From: a virus | Strand: one strand, 5' to 3' | DNA length: 34,504 nucleotides | IMG/VR virus record: IMGVR_UViG_3300027297_000001 | Span: 1-34,504 of that record | Shown: positions 21,245-27,571 of the stretch, piece after piece | How the letters are laid out: each line of letters begins with the position of its first letter | Numbering within the stretch: position 1 is the first letter of the stretch | The notes under the pieces: generated by a model | The model's input: only the letters and a program-made list of their open reading frames with translations | What the model was told of the DNA's origin: nothing | Database searches by the model: none | Program-made: the position numbers and the translations under genes

Positions 21245-21281
21245 CTCCCGCGCCGGCGGATCGAATCGCCGGTCGCGGGAG
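21245..21281 (-). other. GC-rich 14-bp stem-loop between two late genes
   Basis: ctcccgcgccggcg (21245-21258) / cgccggtcgcgggag (21267-21281) with one bulge. No U-tract in the gene sense. Confidence 0.45.
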
Positions 21282-21309
21282 CGTCAAGCGAATGGACTAT
21301 GCCGGGATT

Positions 21310-21615
21310 CTACCACGGGTTTTTCCTCGGGGCGCTGCATTCCAGTTGATCGGCTAGTTCGTCGAACTTGCCGAGGGCCTTCGTCAATTCCTCGAAATTC
21401 TCGGCGCTGATTTCTATTTCCTTGCCGAGCGTGATCCCGTTCTCCCGGAAGGCGCCGGGATAAAACAAGGCGGGCTTCGCCTGCATTTCCGCCGCCTTGC
21501 TGATGGCGCTGGCCATCGCCATCATCGGATCGCGCCCGGGATCTGGCGCGGGAACCGGAATCGGATCAGGCAGGCGCGAGGCTTGGATCGTGATTTTCAA
21601 CTGGTAGTTTGCCAT
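21310..21615 (-). CDS. Hypothetical protein (101 aa)
   Basis: ATG 21613-21615 directly after hairpin A copy 2. Sequence starts MANYQLKITIQASRLPDPIPVPAPDPGRDP. Confidence 0.6.
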   Translation of the reverse strand: MANYQLKITIQASRLPDPIPVPAPDPGRDPMMAMASAISKAAEMQAKPALFYPGAFRENGITLGKEIEISAENFEELTKALGKFDELADQLECSAPRKNPW

Positions 21616-21650
21616 CGTTTTATTTGCGCACTCTATGTGCGCTATCTCCC
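21616..21650 (-). promoter_or_regulatory. Hairpin motif A, copy 2
   Basis: In gene sense: AGAGGGAGATA-GCGCAC-ATAGA-GTGCGC-AAATAAAACG-ATG. The hairpin is at 21626-21642. Confidence 0.6.
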
Positions 21651-21653
21651 TCT

Positions 21654-21866
21654 TTAAGAATCATCCGCAAGTTTATCAATCGATATGACAATGCCCGAAC
21701 CGTGGCAGATCAGACATTTCGCTGATTCGTATTCGCGCGTCGTCATAGCGAAGCCGTCGACTGGCTTACGCGTTATTTCGTCCCGCCAGGGTTGCGTGCG
21801 CTCGCTGTGCACGATCAATACCCATCCCTTGCCGTCGCATCCGTGGCATGTTTTGTGTTTGGACAT
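21654..21866 (-). CDS. DnaJ-type zinc-finger mini-protein (70 aa)
   Basis: Two CxxCxGxG motifs, CHGCDGKGW and CLICHGSGI. Confidence 0.6.
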   Translation of the reverse strand: MSKHKTCHGCDGKGWVLIVHSERTQPWRDEITRKPVDGFAMTTREYESAKCLICHGSGIVISIDKLADDS

Positions 21867-21870
21867 CAGA

Positions 21871-22539
21871 CTACTTTGCGGCGGTGGCGACCTGCGCGGC
21901 CGGGCCGGCGAATTCCATCAGAAAACTTTTGATCACGTTCCACGTTCCGCGCACGGGAGTGGTTTCCCGGTGGACGAAGCCGCGAATATCGCCGCTCGTG
22001 GCGTCCAGATTGCCCGCCACGCCGTCCACATGCGCCAGCGTTTCATGGATCGCGGGATCGGACATCGCTGCCGCCGCGGCCGTCGTCGCGTGGATCCCGC
22101 CATCGATCATCGGCCGCAGCGCGCCGATCGTATCGTCGATTTTGATCGTGGTGTCCGTCAGATCGCGTGCGGCGTCCGTTTCAAGGGCCGTCGTTCCGTC
22201 CAGGGCCGCGGCTACGCGCGGCAGCACCGTCGCATTAAACACCGTCAATGTGGTGTTGGCGGTATCAAACAGCGTGTTCGTTCGTGCGGTAAGACCGCGA
22301 AAATAATTTTGCTGTTCTTGAAACGCGTTCCGTTCCTGCGCTCCCACCTGCGCGAAGGTCTTCGCCGCGGCCGCGATTTGCGCCAGAGCGTTTTTGATGG
22401 GCAACGCCAGGCCGACCGTCTGCCCCGTGATCTTGTCCGAATTGATTCTTTCTTCGCGAATAAATAAGCCGGCTTCGACGAGCAAAAACAGCACGCCAGA
22501 TGTGGCGGCGCCGAGGCAGATTTTTTCAAAGAGTTTCAA
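21871..22539 (-). CDS. N-terminally anchored, helix-rich membrane protein (222 aa)
   Basis: The TTG start forms a TTGA overlap with the upstream stop. TM segment ICLGAATSGVLFLLVEAGLFI is followed by a long Ala/Thr/Asp-rich helical region. Confidence 0.55.
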   Translation of the reverse strand: MKLFEKICLGAATSGVLFLLVEAGLFIREERINSDKITGQTVGLALPIKNALAQIAAAAKTFAQVGAQERNAFQEQQNYFRGLTARTNTLFDTANTTLTVFNATVLPRVAAALDGTTALETDAARDLTDTTIKIDDTIGALRPMIDGGIHATTAAAAAMSDPAIHETLAHVDGVAGNLDATSGDIRGFVHRETTPVRGTWNVIKSFLMEFAGPAAQVATAAK

Positions 22540-22973
22540 GCCGCTGCGCCCTTTCGTCTAGTGTCTTTTTTCTCGCGTGCTTTCCTCATTCGCTCGCCTT
22601 TTTGTTCCACGGATTTGATTTCCTGTTCACTCAATTTCCAGAGATAGCCGCTTTCGCCGACGATGCGGACTCCGATGCGCAGATTCCCGGCCAGTGCGTA
22701 CCGTTGCGCGGTCGTCAGAATGACTTTCTTGAAAATTTTCATGCTCACTTTGAGCGCGTGCCCGGCCTGTAGAGATTTCACGGCGGCATAAAGTTTGCCG
22801 GCCGCCTCGTTGTAACGGGCATTGCTCGGAACTTCGGACATCGTGACGATAGCATAGCCGTCCGACTCGGCGGTGGGGGCCTTCGGTACCGCACGCGGCT
22901 TGTGCATCAGACATTTTTTGTCGCCTTCCACTGCCATATAAACGCAGCCTTTTTCGTCGCAGCGCATTGCCAT
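22536..22973 (-). CDS. Hypothetical protein (145 aa) with basic C-terminus
   Basis: ATG 22971-22973 behind GAGGGAAAC. Starts MAMRCDEKGCVYMAVEGDKKCLMHKP and ends ...KGERMRKAREKKDTRRKG. Confidence 0.6.
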   Translation of the reverse strand: MAMRCDEKGCVYMAVEGDKKCLMHKPRAVPKAPTAESDGYAIVTMSEVPSNARYNEAAGKLYAAVKSLQAGHALKVSMKIFKKVILTTAQRYALAGNLRIGVRIVGESGYLWKLSEQEIKSVEQKGERMRKAREKKDTRRKGAAA

Positions 22974-23031
22974 CTAAGTTTCCCTCACGAATACAAAGTC
23001 ACGATCAGCCACTCCACCATTCCCCACAGCG

Positions 23032-23175
23032 TCATTGCCGTGAGCGTCGCCAGCGTCCCCACGGCCAGCCCAAAAAGCGCGCCAGCAAGAATATAAACGG
23101 CACTCCGTAGACGCCGATGATGGCCAGCGCGAAGAGGAAGAGTACCGCGATGATGGTGGCCTTTGCGGGCGACAT
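23032..23175 (-). CDS. Possible 47-aa TM mini-protein directly after the endolysin (holin-like position)
   Basis: The ATG follows the endolysin stop directly (TGAATG). Sequence MSPAKATIIAVLFLFALAIIGVYGVPFIFLLARFLGWPWGRWRRSRQ. It is below the track cut-off. Confidence 0.35.
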   Translation of the reverse strand: MSPAKATIIAVLFLFALAIIGVYGVPFIFLLARFLGWPWGRWRRSRQ

Positions 23176-23655
23176 TCAGCTTCCGAAAGTAGGAACGTTT
23201 AAAGAATCCCACACGGCCTGCACGCCATCGACTTTGCATATTTGCTGGGCAGCCTCCGATGGTTCGGTGGGCACTTCCACGAGCTCGAGGTGCGGCAGAT
23301 CGTGCCAGGATTTGCCGTCGCGCAGGCCGTATTGCGGCGCGAGGGCCACGATACGCTGCCAGGCCGGATGCGACGCGTCCCAATCCGGCTGGCTCGTGTC
23401 TACATTCTCAACCCACACGTCCACGGCGCAGCCGATCACATGGTTCGATTGGAATCCGCGCGCGTCCGTGACGATTTTCCCCGGCATCGTGCGCCCCACG
23501 GCGAATAGGTTGTCCTGTTGCTGCGCGGTGCGCAGGCCGGCGTCAATCTGGATGGCGATGTCTTCCGCCGCCAGCGCGTCCGCCAGATTCTTCACGCGGC
23601 GCTGCAATTCGGGATGGGTTTCTTCGAGGCGGGCTAGTGAGATGTTGGATAGCAT
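23176..23655 (-). CDS. Peptidase M15 (VanY / L-alanyl-D-glutamate peptidase-like) cell-wall hydrolase (159 aa)
   Basis: The zinc-ligand pattern of the family is present: H...SNHVIGCAVDV ... GKSWHDLPHLEL. The N-terminus is LARLEETHPELQRRV. Confidence 0.8.
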   Translation of the reverse strand: MLSNISLARLEETHPELQRRVKNLADALAAEDIAIQIDAGLRTAQQQDNLFAVGRTMPGKIVTDARGFQSNHVIGCAVDVWVENVDTSQPDWDASHPAWQRIVALAPQYGLRDGKSWHDLPHLELVEVPTEPSEAAQQICKVDGVQAVWDSLNVPTFGS

Positions 23656-23855
23656 GCAATCTCCCTCGTAGGTTCGTCAAGGAACGCGCGCAGCCCGAAG
23701 CGGTGATAAAAACGATCTTTGACCGGACATCCCGCGCCAGGCCCGCGGTCCCATATGCGAAACGCGCCATTTCTTATCACGTCCCGCGTCTGGCGCAAAG
23801 CGAGAAATTCACAGTTGGGATTTGTAGCGCTGGCGGCGAGTTCGTACAGAGTCAT
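23634..23855 (-). CDS. Hypothetical protein (73 aa)
   Basis: ATGA overlap with the transglycosylase stop (23852-23855). Sequence starts MTLYELAASATNPNCEFLALRQTRDVIRNGAFRIW. It overlaps the M15 start by 22 nt. Confidence 0.45.
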   Translation of the reverse strand: MTLYELAASATNPNCEFLALRQTRDVIRNGAFRIWDRGPGAGCPVKDRFYHRFGLRAFLDEPTREIACYPTSH

Positions 23856-24361
23856 TCGAGAAAACTCCAAAGAGCAAGCCCGGCGATGGCGGCGCCCACA
23901 ACCCACAAAACAGTTTCGGCGCTCCATCCGGTCGGCACGGGAACGCTCGCTTGCCCCGCGGGTGTGGAAGTGAGTCCCGGAACCGATGGCACGGCGGCCG
24001 CGGCTGGCGCGAGGTAAGCCTGATAGGCGCCGGAATTGTACGTCGACCAGGGAGAAAACCCGCCCGCGATGGAGTAGATTTCGTACGCATCGTTCGCGTT
24101 GGTTTGGGGATCGTAGAGATTGTCGTTCGCGTATTCGGGATGATCTTTCAAATAAATCTGCCAGAGCCCGTACGATCCCTCGCCGGGGGGAGTCCCGCCA
24201 GACGCGGCCGTTTCGGGATTGTAGATGTTCGGGTTGCCCTGGCTTTCGGCGAGCGCGATGGCCACGGCGGTTTGCAAATCCTGCCCGTCGAAGCCGGCCG
24301 TCTGCGCGTAGTACAGGATTTGCGCCGGCGTCAAGATCGTTGCGGTGGGAACGTTGGTCAT
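23852..24361 (-). CDS. Lytic transglycosylase (SLT/lysozyme-like) with C-terminal TM anchor (169 aa)
   Basis: AVAIALAESQGNPN...GSYGLWQI...Y matches the SLT catalytic Glu-Ser and GLxQI motifs. The C-terminus is WSAETVLWVVGAAIAGLALWSFLE. Confidence 0.75.
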   Translation of the reverse strand: MTNVPTATILTPAQILYYAQTAGFDGQDLQTAVAIALAESQGNPNIYNPETAASGGTPPGEGSYGLWQIYLKDHPEYANDNLYDPQTNANDAYEIYSIAGGFSPWSTYNSGAYQAYLAPAAAAVPSVPGLTSTPAGQASVPVPTGWSAETVLWVVGAAIAGLALWSFLE

Positions 24362-24711
24362 ATTTCCGTGATCCGTGATTCATGGTCGGTGACTAATGGT
24401 GAATTAAACAACGGAATGCCAATAATTTTCGTGTTTGCCGCTACTTCGTAGTAATCCCATTCCGGTTGAACGATGATATCGCCGAGTCCGTTCGCGGACG
24501 CGTGTTTAAGCGAGCGTTTCATATCTTCGCCAAACGGTTCCTGCAGTGATAGCAGGTAATCTATGACCGGCCCCAGGAGAGTTGGCGGTTTTACGATTTC
24601 GGATGGAAAACTGAAAACGCGAAAAGGAAATGTGCGCACTGCCGCGCCGGCGGCGAGGCCACCGATCATTGTTCGCAGAAAAGTGCGGCGGTCCATCAAT
24701 CGCTTTCCCAT
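24358..24711 (-). CDS. Tat-signal-like protein carrying a copy of the capsid-like N-terminal arm (117 aa, or 112 aa from ATG 24696)
   Basis: MDRRTFLRTMIGGLAAGAAV is a twin-arginine RRxFL motif plus an h-region. The C-terminal part NGLGDIIVQPEWDYYEVAANTKIIGIPLF parallels AGLGDFVVQPEWDYYGVAVSTAVVKQVLF of the junction-spanning gene. The ATG at 24696 forms a TGATG overlap with the upstream stop. Confidence 0.65.
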   Translation of the reverse strand: MGKRLMDRRTFLRTMIGGLAAGAAVRTFPFRVFSFPSEIVKPPTLLGPVIDYLLSLQEPFGEDMKRSLKHASANGLGDIIVQPEWDYYEVAANTKIIGIPLFNSPLVTDHESRITEI

Positions 24712-24905
24712 TGCGGGATTTCTTCGATGTCTTCCACTTCCTCGATCACATGGTTTTGCTCGAGGGCCGGACCGAACGCCTTGCAGCCCGCGCCGTGCTC
24801 ATTCCGCAACGCCTCGCACTCTGCAAGCGTATCGCCGAAAAATACGTGCCGGACGCGGATGGTGCCATCCCGTTCCAATTTGTCAACGTGCAGCGCGATC
24901 GGCAT
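24696..24905 (-). CDS. Hypothetical acidic-C-terminus protein (69 aa)
   Basis: ATG 24903-24905 behind AAGGAAAG. Sequence MPIALHVDKLERDGTIRVRHVFFGDTLAECEALRNEHG...EEVEDIEEIPQWESD. Confidence 0.55.
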   Translation of the reverse strand: MPIALHVDKLERDGTIRVRHVFFGDTLAECEALRNEHGAGCKAFGPALEQNHVIEEVEDIEEIPQWESD

Positions 24906-25656
24906 GGACTTTCCTTTGCACTGGCGCGACGCCGTATTCGGCAATCCAGTTTTCGAGGGACATCGAAGCCATCGGCAAGAGATTCAGCGATGTCAATCCG
25001 GCGCGCATCTGGTCGATCTTGGTCTGCAAATTCAGGGTGTGCGTGTGCCAGAAATACACGCCCGCGTCGCTATCTTCCTTTTGAATTTGCTGGACCGTCT
25101 TGAGCTTGAGGCCGTAGCGGGCGATGTTCCGGGAGAGCACGTAATCGTCGATTAGATGCTCCGGCGTGATTCCCGCCAGGCGCTCTTTGGTGATCGGCTG
25201 GATGCGCTCGATCGTATCCGCCAGGGATAAATCTTCCGGGGGATCGTCCAGGGGATGCCACAGATCGATGCACCAGTCGGACGCCGCGGTAAACCAGTTG
25301 CACGAGCCGATGTCCCGGCCGTCCCGCCGGAAATAATTGTCATACCGCCAACGGTTGCTCGCGTGATCCTGGCCCCAATGCGCTACGGTGTCTTTCGGGA
25401 TCCGCTCCGTGATGTCAAACATATCCGGGAAAACCATCGCGTCCGAATCGATGTACACGTTCCAATCGTTTCCCCGGCCGCGATGAAAGATTTGCAGTTT
25501 TTCGTACACCACAGGAAAGTCGGGATAGTGGCGCTCGTTGATGATGCGGAAGTCCGCCCCGATTTTCTTTGCGTAGGCGAGGATCAGCGGATAGGTGAGC
25601 TCGCAGAGTTTCGGAGCGTAGTCGCCGATGTTAAGAGTCCAGACGGTTTTGAGCAT
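24883..25656 (-). CDS. GT-A-type glycosyltransferase-like protein with DxD motif (257 aa)
   Basis: ATG 25654-25656 behind GGAAGGAA. Sequence MLKTVWTLNIGDYAPKLCELTYPLILAYAKKIGADF...VYEKLQIF...WNVYIDSDAMVFPDMF shows the nucleotide-sugar transferase pattern ending in DSD. The family assignment is approximate. Confidence 0.55.
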   Translation of the reverse strand: MLKTVWTLNIGDYAPKLCELTYPLILAYAKKIGADFRIINERHYPDFPVVYEKLQIFHRGRGNDWNVYIDSDAMVFPDMFDITERIPKDTVAHWGQDHASNRWRYDNYFRRDGRDIGSCNWFTAASDWCIDLWHPLDDPPEDLSLADTIERIQPITKERLAGITPEHLIDDYVLSRNIARYGLKLKTVQQIQKEDSDAGVYFWHTHTLNLQTKIDQMRAGLTSLNLLPMASMSLENWIAEYGVAPVQRKVHADRAAR

Positions 25657-25873
25657 GCAAATGTTCCTTCCAGCTTTTCGCTCTCCAATTTGGCAAACAT
25701 CGCACGCACACATAAGGGACTTCCGTGCCATCATGGCAGTCTATAAAAAGTCCTGTGGCCTCTCCACATTCCAGGCACCTGCTGGCCCGATTGGGAGTTG
25801 AATGGATCGGCAAAACTAATTTCGGTTTATCGTTCCGAAAAAAGCCAGCAATGAAATGGAGGACTTTCTTCAT
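25631..25873 (-). CDS. Zinc-ribbon mini-protein (80 aa)
   Basis: ATG 25871-25873. Sequence ...RCLECGEATGLFIDCHDGTEVPYVCVRCLPNW. Confidence 0.55.
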   Translation of the reverse strand: MKKVLHFIAGFFRNDKPKLVLPIHSTPNRASRCLECGEATGLFIDCHDGTEVPYVCVRCLPNWRAKSWKEHLHAQNRLDS

Positions 25874-25876
25874 GCG

Positions 25877-26167
25877 TCACCGCTTCCTGTCGAGCACCGT
25901 ATCGCCAGGATATATCACACTTTCATCGTTTACGTGCCGGTGGGGCGGGAAATCCCGCATGGTCTGATTCATGCGATCGAGGGTATTGTCCAGCTTGTCG
26001 ATCACGTCGGAAAGATGCTGGACCTGCCCCGCTTCCTCTTGCTGGTGCAATTCGACGGCCTGGATGCGGTAGTCGAATTTGTACCAGCTTCCCACGAGGG
26101 CCACGAGAATAAAAACGAGTTTCAGCCATTCCGAGGAAATCGCTTTTTTCAGATCGTCAAAGGTCAT
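25877..26167 (-). CDS. Single-TM protein (96 aa)
   Basis: MTFDDLKKAISSEWLKLVFILVALVGSWYKF is followed by a coiled segment. Confidence 0.55.
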   Translation of the reverse strand: MTFDDLKKAISSEWLKLVFILVALVGSWYKFDYRIQAVELHQQEEAGQVQHLSDVIDKLDNTLDRMNQTMRDFPPHRHVNDESVIYPGDTVLDRKR

Positions 26168-26188
26168 GGGGCACCGGGTTTCCCTTTG

Positions 26189-26395
26189 TTATTTTCGAAT
26201 CACCGCAAACGCGATGGCCGCGATCGCCAGAAGCCATCCGATTACGGTGGACATCATCCACATCGTTTTGCGGCTTTCCGCGGCCGTCAGATCGCGCGCC
26301 AGCGTCAAGGCCATCGCATTGCCACGGCCCTCCGATTCCAGGACGGCGACTTTCAATTCGACCTTGCAGAGCCGGTGGGGATCGTCTTCCGTCAT
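26189..26395 (-). CDS. C-terminally anchored mini-protein (68 aa)
   Basis: ATGA overlap at 26392-26395. The C-terminus is WMMSTVIGWLLAIAAIAFAVIRK. Confidence 0.55.
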   Translation of the reverse strand: MTEDDPHRLCKVELKVAVLESEGRGNAMALTLARDLTAAESRKTMWMMSTVIGWLLAIAAIAFAVIRK

Positions 26396-26862
26396 GGTTT
26401 CACCGGGGCCGGGGAAGGGGAGATCGGGGCCGGCAGGGCCGCGCCTATATCTGCCGCCGGTGCGGCCGGCGCTGCGGGATCGGCCGCGTTCATCGACGCT
26501 GGAGGAGCGTTCGCTTTCATCGTGGTAAGCAACGCGCCGAAGGACATCCCGAACGCCGAATTGCTGGCGAACTGAATGGCCATCAGCGCGATTGCGTTTT
26601 GCGATTCAAGCTGTTTTGTGGAGACGAGGTCGATCACCACGTAAAACAGCCGCATGGATTGTTCGAAGAAAAACAGGCTCATCACCGTGAGGATCAGGAT
26701 CACGCCGCCGCGATCCGCCATGATGTCCGCAAAGTGGCGGATCGAATCGATCGGCGGCGCATTTTTGGTGAAGACTAAGACGAGGTAGACGGCCAGGACC
26801 AGCAACATCCCGAATATTCCGGTACTCGTCCAGTGAAAAGCCTGCGCGCTCAGTCCGTGCAT
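26392..26862 (-). CDS. Multi-pass membrane protein (156 aa)
   Basis: ATG 26860-26862 behind GGAAAGGAAAA. Hydrophobic segments GIFGMLLVLAVYLVLVF, GGVILILTVMSLFFF and AFGMSFGALLTTM, then a Pro/Ala tail. Confidence 0.65.
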   Translation of the reverse strand: MHGLSAQAFHWTSTGIFGMLLVLAVYLVLVFTKNAPPIDSIRHFADIMADRGGVILILTVMSLFFFEQSMRLFYVVIDLVSTKQLESQNAIALMAIQFASNSAFGMSFGALLTTMKANAPPASMNAADPAAPAAPAADIGAALPAPISPSPAPVKP

Positions 26863-26906
26863 CGTGATTTTCCTTTCCGAGTTTCGCTATGGGGCAGGCG
26901 CCGGGG

Positions 26907-27362
26907 TTACTGACCCGCAGCCACTACCCCCGTTGGAGGGTTTGGGACGCGTGCCGCCGTATAAATATCGTAGCTGGTCGGAGGCGTGCCCGTGGTGGGG
27001 CCGACCCAAGTCAGCACGATATTCCCTTTCGGGCCGGGCACCGCGGAGACGGATTGCGATCCGCTGCCCGCGGTGGTTCCGGTCCATCCCGGAATGCTTT
27101 GCCCCTGCGCGTCAACGGCCGTCACTTCATACGAACAAGTGGATGTCGCCGGGCAAGTGGTATCCGTGTAAGTCACAGTTGGTGCCGTGACTGACGTCAA
27201 AAGCGTGTAGCCGCTCGTGGCCTGGCCGAAGAGCAGCCGCCAGGGAGCCGCCCAAAATATGAGCAAGAGCCCGAACGCCGCCATTCCGAGCAATCGTGTC
27301 GTCCTGACGTTTCGAAGCCTCGCAATTGCCGTTCCGATCCATCGCGTGAACTTGTTTTTCAT
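26907..27362 (-). CDS. Signal-anchored beta-sandwich (FN3-like) protein (151 aa)
   Basis: ATGA overlap at 27359-27362. The N-terminal anchor is LLGMAAFGLLLIFWAAPW. Then ...TVTYTDTTCPATSTCSYEVTAVDAQGQS...IVLTWVGP. Confidence 0.6.
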   Translation of the reverse strand: MKNKFTRWIGTAIARLRNVRTTRLLGMAAFGLLLIFWAAPWRLLFGQATSGYTLLTSVTAPTVTYTDTTCPATSTCSYEVTAVDAQGQSIPGWTGTTAGSGSQSVSAVPGPKGNIVLTWVGPTTGTPPTSYDIYTAARVPNPPTGVVAAGQ

Positions 27363-27559
27363 TTTCCTTCCCTTTCGCGAGATTTGAGAAGTTCCATCAG
27401 CATTTCCGCTGTTGGGACTTGATACTCTTTACCATGATTCTTGCAGATTGCAATTGAGCAAATCGCGTACCGCTGGCCGTCGCTGCCCCGCTTCATTCGC
27501 AGCGGCCGGTTGCATTCCGGGCAGTACAGAAAAAACGTGACTCGCGCAGCATGACTCAC
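27359..27559 (-). CDS. Zinc-ribbon mini-protein (66 aa)
   Basis: GTG start. Sequence ...FFLYCPECNRPLRMKRGSDGQRYAICSIAICKNHGKEY. Confidence 0.5.
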   Translation of the reverse strand: MSHAARVTFFLYCPECNRPLRMKRGSDGQRYAICSIAICKNHGKEYQVPTAEMLMELLKSREREGK

Positions 27560-27571
27560 GGATCGTCAGAA

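Noticed and set aside
23856-24383. Upstream 176 codons of the 249-aa ORF 23634..24383 (-)
   Set aside because: They are out of frame over the SLT transglycosylase gene and Arg-rich. Only the last 73 codons, from the ATGA-coupled ATG at 23855, are kept.
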